Source: Lepidodermella squamata (Eukaryota; Animalia; Gastrotricha). From it: a stretch of 64,000 nucleotides of DNA. Below the pieces are notes generated by a model. That model worked only from the letters and a program-made list of their open reading frames with translations. It was not told the DNA's origin and made no database searches. The translations under genes were made by a program, and so were the position numbers. The DNA lies in NCBI GenBank assembly GCA_047495785.1, contig JBLDXI010000015.1, positions 2,108,001 through 2,172,000 on the forward strand, given 5' to 3'. Positions 1-11,310 of the stretch are shown here, in pieces; within the stretch, counting starts at the first letter, position 1, and each line of letters begins with the position of its first letter.

Positions 1-568
1 GCTGTTCGTTTATTCATTATTATATCCAATAGCTCTATGTATAGAAGACAACGGGCTTGAGCCAAAATTGTAAGACATCGGCCATTGCAGTGGTTTCGAG
101 ACTTATTGGGGCAATTAATTTTTGCGATGTCGACGGCCGAAGACAAAACTTTTAGGGTTCATAGTGACGCCGAAATTGCGCCGAAAGTCTCAAGATGAAA
201 TCGAACAATGGAGCAGCGTGAAAAAATGGGTCTTTAAGGCTGAATTTTGGTATTCGTGGATGGCTTGGTAAATAAGGACAGTAGGCAAAATATCTGAAAT
301 ATCGGTTTGGTCACATGACCGACAAGTTTTGACTTTTATTCAAATGTTGGTAAGGTTCCATTGTCATTAGCAAAGCGCTACCAGTTCGGCCAGTCCGGGC
401 GAAAAGCCACCACGGTAAAGTATAAGCATACATTGGCGAATAAAACATCGCGAAAATAACTACGTTTACAGTACATATTATAATGTAATAAAGTTGACCA
501 CCTGCAAACAATTCATGTTTGCCAATTAACTGAAGAAATTCCAAATTCGAACTTGGGTATGATCCAAG

Positions 569-2992
569 TCAAACTCCTAAGGTGATTCGTCTTGGACTGC
601 TGCTAGTTCTGATGGCTTTGAAAGTCGGAATTATCCACGAGAAATTCGCGACGGCAGACAGAGCGGCAGCTAAACACGACACAGCTATTTTCACGTTAAC
701 CAGAGCTTTGCTTGCATTCGCATTTTGCCCCAAAATTATCAGTATGATGACTCCAGAGGCCAAAAGGATTCCTGAGTTGACCACCCCAAGAGCTATCATG
801 CTGTATTCAGGACAGATAACAATTCGATCCATATGACGTATGTCGTAGACCGCAAACAAGCCAAAAACCAGAAAAGTCGCGTTAAATACAGCTAGACCCA
901 TCAGCCAATACGATCCGTATTCTGAGTAACAGCTCTTGTAAATCCATGTTGATATGGTGTCGGTGTCTTCATCGTAGAAATTTGTATCTGACTCCTTCGG
1001 GGGCCACTGATTTTCAATGCAGTAAAAAGGATCGATAGAATTATCAGGGGCTAACCAAAAGGCCATTGCGAATGCATTCAAGACAACAAATCCGACAAAA
1101 ACTTTGCAAAATTTGACCTCCAACTGAGGTCCACGTTTTAGTAAACTAGGTCGCTCGGCTGTGCTCCCTGAAACATCGAGGTGCTTGCCGAAGTTTGGGG
1201 AATGCCCGGGAAGTTGTTCATTTGATGATTTGTAGGTAGCAGCACAGCTGCTTTTCTTGGGAGTAGACGCTCTGTCGATGTGGAGCGATTTCTTCCACGC
1301 TCGAAAAATCATTACCCGACTAACCAATGCTCCATTAACCATGCTGATGCCTAATATCAGAAATAGCAATCGTGCCTTCCACAGAGCTGCGGGAGACGAT
1401 GCCCAGCTATCTGGCATAGCGAATAGGACTGATCCCAGATTCATCGAAAACGTGCCAATACAGCCAAGAAGCTTCAGATTCGCCTCATTCATCTCGCCAC
1501 CAGGATTCGCCATAAAGAACAAGTATACGACTCTGATGTTAGGTAGCAAATTCAGTATGTTCCAAACAAGCATGCATACGAAACACGCAAGAGGTACGTC
1601 GGCTTCGATGAGTAGAGTTATTGCGTTATCACGAGGCGGCTCCTTGTTTTTAGTATTCCAAGGTAGTTTTTCAATCACTTGGACTATCTTATACTCGAAA
1701 TACTTTTGTTTTATCGAATTCGAGACGTCATCCAATTGCCGCATCACAGCTACGTTGGTATCGGTGGTGTCATTCATTGGAGTCCATCGCTGCAAGACTA
1801 GAACGTCAGTAGAGAACTTTCCTGAGCTGTCGTATTTTACGCGGCCAGTTCTCAACCCAGAATAATCAACACTGGCAACAGAATCGTTAATGATTCGCGA
1901 AATGAGATAAGGGTGCTCATTGTAGTCCTTAAGTGATAGATTTTGCGCTTTCAAAATCTTCTCGGCTTTGTTTAGGGCAAGAATTCCTGTCATCGATCCG
2001 TCGTGGCAATAGTAACGGTAAGAGTAATCCATTCCTCGCGAACCGCCTGTTATTCTGTCCAGGGTCTCATCGAACTTCACAGTTGCTGGTGTTGTTTGTA
2101 AGGGAGTCGTAGCTGGGATAGCGCAAATAGCCGATTTCAGCTGTTCGGCAACCATCGCCCGGGTACAGCCGGGTAGAACTTCGTCAGGTAGCGTCTTAGG
2201 ATAGATTTTCAGCGAAGTGAAGAAATTGTATCTCGACCCCGTAATGCCTAATTTGTACGCTGTGCAGTAGAACTGAAGGATTAAACCGGGATTTGAGATC
2301 CATAGAATGATGACTCTTGCGTCACTTTTCTTCAGAGACATCAACTGACTAGGCTCAGTAATTTCGTTGTATCCTGAATAAAACGGAACTGTGAAGTTGA
2401 TCTTCAAAGCTTGCTCGTAAGCGAATTTAGCCGAGGAGTAATCGACCAAATTATTGAGATAATAAACCACGGCAATTTTGTTCCAATGACCCAGTTCTCT
2501 TGCGTATTGAAGAAAGCCAAATGTTATGAAATCACTCGTTGCTTGAGATAGATACAAGTTAGGGTACTTAGCCTTGTCGGTTAGAAGGTACGAGCTACAT
2601 TTCATCGAAACAACAACCAAATCAGCATGATGAGCAAAGGTTCCAAGGGGCTTGCAACCACTGGAATAATAACCAGCCAGGAAAAGAGGGGATAAATACT
2701 CGCTCTGATTCAACGTGGTTGATCTGTAAAAGTTTAAGGCGTTGCCAGGTGATCGACTGCCGTCCTGACCCTCATCGCGGTAGACAGGCTCGAGGAAATA
2801 CCCAGGAAGAATGTTCCGATCTCGATTGGCGTTATCGAATGCTATCTGGCTCGAAACTTGACATTCATACCCTGTCATTGGGGTGTTGCCAGTGTATGGA
2901 ACCAACGTCAACACCTTTAGCTTCGCCACAGTTTCATTCCCAGCATCCACAAATGCAAGTGAAGTCATTAGTAATGAAATTATTCGGATCAT
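569..2992 (-). CDS. Class C GPCR, GABA-B receptor-like (Venus-flytrap domain + 7TM), intronless
   Basis: 807-aa ORF with a signal peptide and an ANF-receptor/VFT-like ectodomain (ILPGYFLE, WNKIAVVY, LKKSDARVIILW, FYCTAYKLGITG). No cysteine-rich domain; seven hydrophobic segments from about residue 467; short C-tail. Confidence 0.85.
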   Translation of the reverse strand: MIRIISLLMTSLAFVDAGNETVAKLKVLTLVPYTGNTPMTGYECQVSSQIAFDNANRDRNILPGYFLEPVYRDEGQDGSRSPGNALNFYRSTTLNQSEYLSPLFLAGYYSSGCKPLGTFAHHADLVVVSMKCSSYLLTDKAKYPNLYLSQATSDFITFGFLQYARELGHWNKIAVVYYLNNLVDYSSAKFAYEQALKINFTVPFYSGYNEITEPSQLMSLKKSDARVIILWISNPGLILQFYCTAYKLGITGSRYNFFTSLKIYPKTLPDEVLPGCTRAMVAEQLKSAICAIPATTPLQTTPATVKFDETLDRITGGSRGMDYSYRYYCHDGSMTGILALNKAEKILKAQNLSLKDYNEHPYLISRIINDSVASVDYSGLRTGRVKYDSSGKFSTDVLVLQRWTPMNDTTDTNVAVMRQLDDVSNSIKQKYFEYKIVQVIEKLPWNTKNKEPPRDNAITLLIEADVPLACFVCMLVWNILNLLPNIRVVYLFFMANPGGEMNEANLKLLGCIGTFSMNLGSVLFAMPDSWASSPAALWKARLLFLILGISMVNGALVSRVMIFRAWKKSLHIDRASTPKKSSCAATYKSSNEQLPGHSPNFGKHLDVSGSTAERPSLLKRGPQLEVKFCKVFVGFVVLNAFAMAFWLAPDNSIDPFYCIENQWPPKESDTNFYDEDTDTISTWIYKSCYSEYGSYWLMGLAVFNATFLVFGLFAVYDIRHMDRIVICPEYSMIALGVVNSGILLASGVIILIILGQNANASKALVNVKIAVSCLAAALSAVANFSWIIPTFKAIRTSSSPRRITLGV

Positions 2993-5170
2993 TTATAATC
3001 AATTATTATTTATCTAAGGATACAATATCTATCATAGAAACATAGCTTTGTACGGGACGCTGCTTGTCGACTACGGAGAGAAACGAATAATCCTCATCCT
3101 TAAAAACAACCGACTTCCTTGAATTTAACAGCAAGACAAATTCTCATTTTAGCGCTAACGTGATTTCAAGCAGATTGGTCAATGTGTATCTAGACTGATC
3201 ATCCTGATTAGCTGAAGCAAAAGACATGTTTACATCACCGAAATACAAGACATTCGTCTTGAACACTAAATAATTAGACAAAAAGAGAGATTCGAGAATG
3301 AGCGAGCTTACGTGCGCTTGTAAGGTGCGTCTTCCGTACGAATGTAATTAGGCAAGATAACTATTTGGTAGATTAGGTGAACTAGGTGAAACAGACAACG
3401 AGCAAATAGGAGAAATCTGAATTCCTCTTTCAAATGCGTTCCCAAGCACAAAATAAAATTTGGTCTTATATACATTCGCGAATTATTTTTTCTCAAATTT
3501 GTTGGTCGAATGACTTCAAAAATGAAAATGTCACTCGGAAAGACTGATAATTTGTGCATTTTTTTTGAATTTCGAAACTTGTTAGCGGAAGTCCAAATTT
3601 TAAGAATATTTTCATATTTTCAAGCTGTCTCGCCCTCTATATTTAGAGTCCGTGAACAGTGCATCATTTAGGTCTTTTTGAATGAAAAAGCCCTACATCG
3701 CAAAACCATGAAATCGGACCACTTCTAATAGATTCATTAGTTTAGTTGTTTTATTGCTAAGGTAGATATTAAGCTTCATTTTCATGGAAATTCGACCCAC
3801 ATCACATAAAGCATGTTCAGAAGAAATTTTAAAAAATTGGAGAACACCCGATAGTCATATTATTAATGGTGGAACGTTATTCCATCATCAACGCAAAGCA
3901 GAGCGTGACGGTTGGTTATTTTGCCGCTCATAGGTGGATAAGTTATGGAAGCCAGAAGCGCCATACAATAAGCTTATAGACGATCCTAATCTGCAAAGGC
4001 AGCAAAGACCAAATTGCAAAATAGCAGCTAACAGCCCTAGCAGAATATGTTCCCATTCCCCGCCGTAGAATAGAAGTCACAAATCAGGAGATTGAGAGCC
4101 ACTGTGCATTAAATGATGTCATTGATTAATTCGGTTATTGTTTTGCAGAAACGAGAGCAGAAATTATCGAAATCTGCAATGTCACATCATCGGCGGTATG
4201 CGTGGCAGAATAATTGGATGCATTTATGTGAAATTTGAACGGCTTATGTGGAAACAGCTACCAAACACTTCCGCGCGCGGTCCAAAGGTTGATTGTATTA
4301 AGTAGCAACCAGGCTCGTACTGCCCCGCAACTGTCGTCGCTGTTCCTCCGCTTCTGTCGTCGAGTTGTGGCATGAAATGCACTAACGGAAAGAGCTATAA
4401 GCTATGTGAGCTATATTTACCCATATGGTAGGTGTACGCTTGTTGCGGGAACTAAGAGCGAACTATTTAGATTGGAATGCGAGTGAACTGATAAAAACTT
4501 CGATTACAACGATGTCATTCCCTTGAAAATGAAAAGTATACAATAGTGTTGTTTTTTATGCTACCTGGATTTTCGGAAAGCTCAAGTACAGGCACCAGAT
4601 GGAAGCTTTCCACCAGAGGAGGTAATTAATCTTTACCTGTTCCACTCGAAATGACCTTCTGAAGTGGTTGAAAATGAGTACACTGAGCAGTAATGAAAAA
4701 TGAATATTTTTTCGGCTGGTCATTAATTTGATTTACCAAATTGTGATTATTTGCTGCTTGATAATTTTCACATCTCTGACTTAACGTGGGTTGAACGTCG
4801 TACTCATCTTGTTGACGAGATCTCGGAGCAAGAAAGTTAACTTCGACCCGCTATTGAAGGAGATTCTTTTTTACTTTCAATGTTACGTGATGTCTGGGAA
4901 ATTTCTCATCTTACGTACTGCGTGTATAAGAACTCAGTTTCTTTTAGAATTTTCCATCGAAAATATGTCGCTTGGGTGTGAAAAAGTGTCCAGAATCCAG
5001 AATGGGTGTCGTGCGTTAAGTCTCAGACGCCTCTGTCTAATTACCTAATAGCAAAAAATGTGTTTTATTTTTTCAATAAACTGATTTCGAGGCTGCTGCG
5101 ATCTTTCGCTGTCATGCAACTGTTTTTGTCAGCGCCTTGAGCTCCTCTACCGCCCAACATAAAAAAGCAA

Positions 5171-5242
5171 CGACCCAGATGGGACTCGAACCCACAATCT
5201 CCGGCTCCGGAGGCCGACGCCTTACCATTAGGCCACTGGGCC
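5171..5242 (-). tRNA. tRNA-Arg (CCG)
   Basis: Reverse complement GGCCCAGTGGCCTAATGGTAAGGCG-TCGGC-CT-CCG-GA-GCCGG-AGATTGTGGGTTCGAGTCCCATCTGGGTCG folds as a cloverleaf with A and B boxes; a T6 Pol III terminator follows (5161-5166 on the minus strand). Confidence 0.95.
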
Positions 5243-6184
5243 GGATGGATATTACCTAATTTCTTATGTCATATTCGCCATAAGCTCGCCATTGTGGCAT
5301 TCGTGAGTGATCGCGATATGAAACATTGGAAGCTGTTTCCAGGCATTGAGAAGCCTAGTTTTTCCTTACAGCGGTAACGCGTGAGAAAATACAACATTGT
5401 TTTCCAGCGAATAGCAACAATATCGACGTGACCGCCGTTGTTGGACAATATCGATTGTGTGTGCTGGGAATAACTCCACCTGTGAGTTTAGCATTAACGC
5501 TGGATTTCTGTCTCCCGTCTAACGTCTAAGCATTTCGCTTAGCACTGACCATCGAAGGCAAATCCGAGTTAGGATGCATGACCCTCAGTTGCAGGCAGCA
5601 GGCAGGTATAATTAGGCCACTCATAGTCTCTTTGGCAGTTTTCTTCAAGAAATTTATGAGAATATACTTATATAGAGAAAGATAATTGCTGGATGCTTTA
5701 AAGTGCTTGACGGTTTCTGCGTCATCAATGCTTTGGGGCGTTTAAATATTAATCAAAAATGTCACAGCACACAACTACAAGTGCTGCCTTTTCCGCCACT
5801 GACCTACCTGCTGTCTGATTTGGCATGAGCAAGAAAAGCTTTTCGCCCTTTTGCATTTATCGCATTACAAAAGCCGGCGCAAGTGTGTCGCGCGAGAGTT
5901 GCCTCTGGTTACATTGATTGCAGGAGTGCGCGTCACTCGCTGCCGCCGCTGAATGAAAGCACGTAGCCCTACAGCCTACAACCACAGGAAAGTGTAGAAA
6001 AAAGCCCGGCGACCAGGGAGTAATGAGTCGTCTAACAAATCAAAGACACAATTTTGCTTGCCAATATCAGAGCCGTATCAATGGATTAAACTCGTAATAT
6101 TTTTTGAAATTAGAACTTTTGCTTCAAATTGTTTCTTTTCATTTCTTGTTCCTCGTAATTATAGGAAAGACTTAAATTTTTCAT

Positions 6185-7174
6185 ATGACTATGAGACCTC
6201 GATCAGCAGCGCCCACCGCACACACTAATCACAATAAGCAGGCGAATAACGTTCAACGAAATCATGTCAAAAAGGTTGTGAATGGCATCAGAGATACCGA
6301 CTTCTTCGACGATTTCTCCATCGCCAACGCCGAGGGTTTGCCCATTGAATTAAGCCGGTATCGTGGACGGGTCGTAATTGTGGTAAACATTGCAACATTC
6401 GCCCCTAACTCAAAGTCAGAGCTTCAAGGCCTTAACAATTTAGCGCATTGTTTCGGGGAAAATCTCGCAATTATTGGAGTGCCCTGCAACCATTTTTTCC
6501 ACGTATGATTGTCTGAATTTGCGAAAATTCGTCTTCAAATTTTTTGCCTTAGGAACCCGCGGAAAACACTTTGGAAACTGTAGCCGTAATGCAGCATGTG
6601 AGGCCAGGGAATGGATTCAGCCCAAATCCTATGTCATTTATTTTAACAAGCCACGCTGATGTGAACGGAGCTAATCAGCTACCTTTATACCGTTACTTGA
6701 AGAAAGTTATGCCGCTGCCTACCGATGACCAGTTTTCGTTCGCAAGCTCCGATTCGCCCGGTCTTTTTGCAGGTTTCAGGATAACCTGGTCTCCGATAGA
6801 GAGATCAGATATTACCAGTTTGTTTCAAGAGCATGAATAATTTGGAATTGTTGCTAAGGCGATTGTTTGTAGGTGATTTTGAGAAATTCGTCATACGTCC
6901 GGATGGCAAACCCCTCCGGCGCTACACCGGACAATACCAGGCCGGAAATCTTTACCACGACGTTGCCAAGCTAGTTGAAGAGTTCTCATTACGTCAAGAA
7001 TCGGCCAGCCTATCGAAAAAGCGCTATATTGCCTCACCACCCGTAGAGCCGTCTAACGAGAATGATCAAATGGAAGCAGGTGATTCACATCATAATAATT
7101 TGCAATCGAATTCGATACCCGGTTATCCGAGAATGCCATCCCCTGTCTTCTGTTCTTCACCTGGTTACAGTTAA
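6185..7174 (+). CDS. Glutathione peroxidase (GPx1/2-like) homologue with degenerate catalytic tetrad; 3 exons (6185-6502, 6553-6817, 6873-7174)
   Basis: Motifs YRGRVVIVVNIAT, IIGVPCNHF, VRPGNGF, DVNGANQLPLYRYLK, ITWSPIERSDI and FEKFVIRPDG join in frame across GT-AG introns 6503-6552 and 6818-6872. Confidence 0.9.
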
Positions 7175-7459
7175 TTGATAACATGCGTGCTCTTTCCTTC
7201 GAGCGCCTGCAAGTCGAAAAATAATGTTCGAACTTTTTAGAATTTCAGTCTCTAAAATAGATAATATTTTGTCACGTCGCGAATAAATTCATATGGATGG
7301 TTGAAAGCAGGCCAGAGTAATCATTGATATCCATATATCTTTTCAGCTGGGCCCCAATAGGAAATTCACATTGCTCCCGAATTTTGATGTGGACAGAGTA
7401 ATGGTGGCATTGTCACACTGGAAGCCTTAATTAGTTGAATTCTTTTGAATTCCGTACAT

Positions 7460-7531
7460 GGGGATGTAGCTCAGTGGTAGAGCGCTTGCTTTGCATGTAA
7501 GATGTCCCGGGTTCAAACCCCGGAATCTCCA
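7460..7531 (+). tRNA. tRNA-Ala (TGC)
   Basis: GGGGATGTAGCTCAGTGGTAGAGCG-CTTGC-TT-TGC-AT-GTAAG-ATGTCCCGGGTTCAAACCCCGGAATCTCCA. G3:U70 Ala identity pair present; T5 terminator follows; one G7:A66 mismatch in the acceptor stem. Confidence 0.9.
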
Positions 7532-7640
7532 ACTTTTTGCGAATATTAAGACTTGAGGGTAAATAGAAGATTGAAAAATCCACCATAAAATTAATTCATG
7601 AGTTTTCCATTTTGACAAAACGCATGCTGAACTGCGAAGA

Positions 7641-9183
7641 ATGACTACAAACAGAACTCTGAGAAGGTCGCTCGTTGAATTAGACGGCGAATTCGGCGAA
7701 GAATTGGCAGAGGTGCAAGAAGAGCATTCAGCGCCAGATTTCAATTGGCGGGTAAAGTATTTCTGAATCAGATTGCTAAATCAGTTACATTTTTTGTAAA
7801 CAGCCGATCGCATGGGATGTACTCGTCAGCTATAAATGCTCAGACCAGGTTGATTCAAAGCATTTCAACGTGAGGAAACGTGCAGGCCACTCTGACATGA
7901 TCGTTATTACATTCGAGATTGCAAAAACGAGTGGCAGATACGAGCGGCGCATTCGCGTTAGAATTTGCAGTCGGCCGAGAAGAGAAAGTCAACAACTTCC
8001 CCCGATAGAAGACTGCCCTTCCGAAAGATTTGCTCTCGTGACCAATCAATCAACTTTATTGGTTGAGGGTAAAACGTTGAGGGCGCATAATCTTCAGGGG
8101 AATACTATGCACGAAGCTAAGCTGAAATTTTTGGACAGAGAACGCGCTGTGGCTTTTCTCCGCCAGGCAAACGAATATTACGGCGAGTTGATAACCACAA
8201 ATTGCTTCCCTGCAAATCAGCTATCTCTTCGACGCCATCTGGTAACCCAAAATCTCAATCCGCAACTTGGATCGGATAACGCTTATTACTCTCGCACTAC
8301 AGTCGCTGGGCCATTTCCATTAGACAGAAGGCCATTACAAACTTATTCAGAAACTCCGAAGTTCACGGCTGGGGCCTATTATGACATGTTGGAATCAATT
8401 TATGAGGAAGCTCTAAGCGAGAGAGTGAGGTGTAGTCAGCATAGACAGCCAGCCTGGTTCCATGATGAAATTGCAGCAGTGGAACATTTCGAGGCTGCTA
8501 ACAACGTGGCAATACTGTCAATTTTCAAAAGTGAAGTACAAATCAGTGAGGCTAACTCGGCCTCTGTTCACTTTGAGAAGCCATTTCACCGCCCACATCC
8601 ATTTTTCCTGACCAATGTTGACTTGCTAACTACAGAAGCGAAACAAATTTCAGCGCAAAATCAGAAACTGATGAACAGAGAAGCGTCAAGATCGGCTGTT
8701 TTGCAAGACAGCAATCAAAACGATTTGAACGGGGAGTTGGCTTTCGGTGCCGTGACGAGCTTCCGCAATCGGATAGGCGCGCTGTGGTGTGCTCTTTTGA
8801 ATTTCAACCGACGCAATGGCGAAGCTTTGGTTGAATGGGCGCTGATCCACATGCCGATTAGCTACCTCGAACGCCAAGCTGAGAATCGTGTCATGACACT
8901 TGGAACTTTCGGTGCTATCTTTCCGGTAGATCCCAATTCGATGGCTGAGCGTTTCATGCTAATAGCCACGACTGAAGCGCCGGCTATCCGATTCCCAGAG
9001 GCAGGTTTCACGGCTCGATGGATCAGGGTTGTTCAGGCCGGTCATTTTCCTGACCCGGCGTTTCTCCCATCTGCAGCCGATGAAGTGCGCTGGGGTGTGG
9101 TATTTTGGCCTGATCTGCCTCGCGATACTTTCTGGACTAGTCCCGGATTCCGCAAACAGTCGAAATGGGATCGCGCAACATAA
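7641..9183 (+). CDS. ~496-aa protein with degenerate p53-family DNA-binding (C-terminal half) and tetramerisation-like motifs; exons 7641-7751, 7804-9183 (further upstream exons possible)
   Basis: Phase-0 intron 7752-7803 joins MTTNRTLRRSLV... to the 437-aa ORF. Motifs RTLRRSLV, VSYKCSDQ, IVITFE, VRICSRPRRE and LKFLDRERAVAFLRQANE occur in p53 order. The CDS is solid; the family call is tentative. Confidence 0.55.
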
Positions 9184-9949
9184 CAAGTTGTAGGTATTAT
9201 CGAAAATACCGAAAAATCAATAAATAACCAGCTTACCAAACCCCTCGACTAGTTGGATTCGTTAACGGTTTAATCCAAGATAAATTGCACAGATAACCCA
9301 TTCGCAATTAGCAAATTCATCTCCTCATTCCAATAAATGTCCCTTGAGCTGAACTTCAGTAAAAAGGAAGAAAAGTTACATAAAATTTTGCTTGTTCATG
9401 TACGGCCTGTCTTTCAGCCAAAATCTATCCCATACATTGCACTGTGCCTCCTGTCTTTGCAAAAATATACCCCTGTAAATACCAAATTGTAGGCAGGACG
9501 AAAATAACCAAAATATAGGGTGCGACTAGACCCCCTCCGAAATTGGTGTCTCTTGTTGTGTGATCTCGGACAAGAGTGAGCGTTTTTTCCTGAGTACTGA
9601 ATACTTAAATATATGTAGATGGCAGTACTTTATAATTTCCTGGGCATGTAGAATAACATAGTAGACCATTTATTGTCAAAGATTCAAGCATTTTCTCTAC
9701 TAAACAAGCTAAACATTGCTTGTGCACGCTTTCAAGCTGATGTAGGAGGCCGCTAAGAAGGAAAGCACTAAGTTGACCTCAAACCTCAATCAACAAAACA
9801 TTGGAAAAAATCAATATAGATTTATTATTATTAGTGATTTTTTCTTGTGGACGGTCTCATCTATCTTATTCTGTATAGAAAAGAACGCATGATGAGACCA
9901 TAAAAAAATATTTTCGAACCAGATGACACACTGGGCATCGCGTGTACAA

Positions 9950-10045
9950 CAAGCCACGTGTTATTCTAAGCCCCACGTGTTACGCAACACGCGGTCGCAC
10001 TGCCCTATAAAACCCGCCCCAGATTGGACGAAAAGTCATCACAAG
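9950..10045 (+). promoter_or_regulatory. Putative Pol II promoter of CC1: TATA box with upstream E-boxes
   Basis: CACGTG at 9955 and 9974, CACGCG at 9988, TATAAAA at 10006, about 80 nt upstream of ATG 10090. Confidence 0.6.
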
Positions 10046-10089
10046 CAATTCTGTTCTCATCTCTCTTATAAATAATTATCTATGAAACG

Positions 10090-11310
10090 ATGAACTCTCC
10101 ATCTGAGAGCAAGTACTTTGTCCTTCGGGGCGGCGATGAATTCGACGACGATTTCGAGAGCGGCAAGATGGCTTTGCAGCTCAAGCAATGCGGCCTGCCA
10201 GCGGCGATTGTCGATGCTGTTTTCTCGAAGGAAGTCAAGGCGTCTTCCGCCTTCCTGCCCATCGCGTCTGGCCTCCTCGAAGTCTTCGGCGACTACCAAC
10301 TTCGCGAGCAGACCCTCTCCCAAATGGTCACCGAGGTCAAACTGGAGCGTGACAGCCTTCGCAACCAGCTTCGGCAGGCCAGTCAAAAGCAGCGTACCAT
10401 CCTCGCCGAATTCCAGGACTTCAGATCTAACGCAGAGCGGCAGCGGCAAGAGAAGGACGAAGAAATCACCAAGCTGAAGAATGCCCTGACAATGCTGTCG
10501 AAACAAGTCGCGTCAATCGCCGCCAACAACGACAAGGCCATTCAATCGATCGGCCGCGTCTCAGACCTGGAGAACCAACTCAAATCATCGCAGACGCTGA
10601 TCGAAGAACTGAAGGCGGCTCTCGAGCAAGAGAAGGCCAATGCGGTCGCGCTTCAGGTGAAATACGATGCGAAGCGAACGTATTTCGAGACCTTCGCGAA
10701 GCAAGTCGAGGAGGCGAGCAATGCGAAGAAGGCAACGATCAAGAACCTCACGGCCGAGATCGAGAAGCTTCGAGCCGAAAATTCTGCCTCCCGGCTGTGC
10801 GGCAGTCCAGCGAAACGGCCGAGGTTGCCAGGTAAAATAACTCGTAAATTTTTTAGCAGGCATTTTTATTTTTTTTATTTGAAAGAAAAACCGTCCGAGC
10901 CTGTGATGGATCCCGAGGAAATGAAGCAGCTGAATACGACGATCAATACCCTTGTGAGCGAACTTTCAAAGCGAGGCGAAATGATTCGTAGATTGGAGGA
11001 AGAGGTGGCTCGACTTCGATCTGACCTCAAAGTAAACACCGCAACGCCAAATTTTCACAGAAAAAATCACGACATACTTTTGTTTTAGAAGCCCGTCAAT
11101 AATCCTCAGCAATCGAATTCAGAGGAATCGTCCAAGCTCGCCGAGGTTAAGCAATTAATTGCTCTACGGCTTGAGCTCGAAAAGCGCTTGATGCGCCAGA
11201 ATTCTGCCGGGTTAAAGGAAACTGAAGAGCACGTTTTCTTACAGGCATTATTGGATCAACTCGACATTTGGACCGCCAGTCACACCTCGCTGAAATCGCC
11301 GCAAACTTGA
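10090..11310 (+). CDS. CC1: coiled-coil protein, divergent first member of array; exons 10090-10831, 10886-11031, 11089-11310
   Basis: Long heptad-rich ORF; canonical introns give an in-frame product ending ...LKSPQT*. Weak version of the family N-domain (LKQCGLPAAIVD); NLS-like SPAKRPRL. Confidence 0.8.

Noticed and set aside
582-3045. Plus-strand ORFs overlapping the GPCR, and minus-strand ORFs overlapping CC genes
   Set aside because: Antisense shadows of real coding sequence with no independent motifs.
3840-4630. Coding-like patches between the GPCR and tRNA-Arg
   Set aside because: Short, stop-interrupted, with no recognisable motif or consistent exon chain.
6380-7260. Selenoprotein recoding (TGA/SECIS) in the GPx gene
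   Set aside because: The catalytic codon is GCC (Ala), and the TGA at 6506 is inside intron 1.
10832-10885. CC1 segment KITRKFFSRHFYFFYLK as coding
   Set aside because: It is a 54-nt GT-AG, T-rich intron that happens to be in frame.
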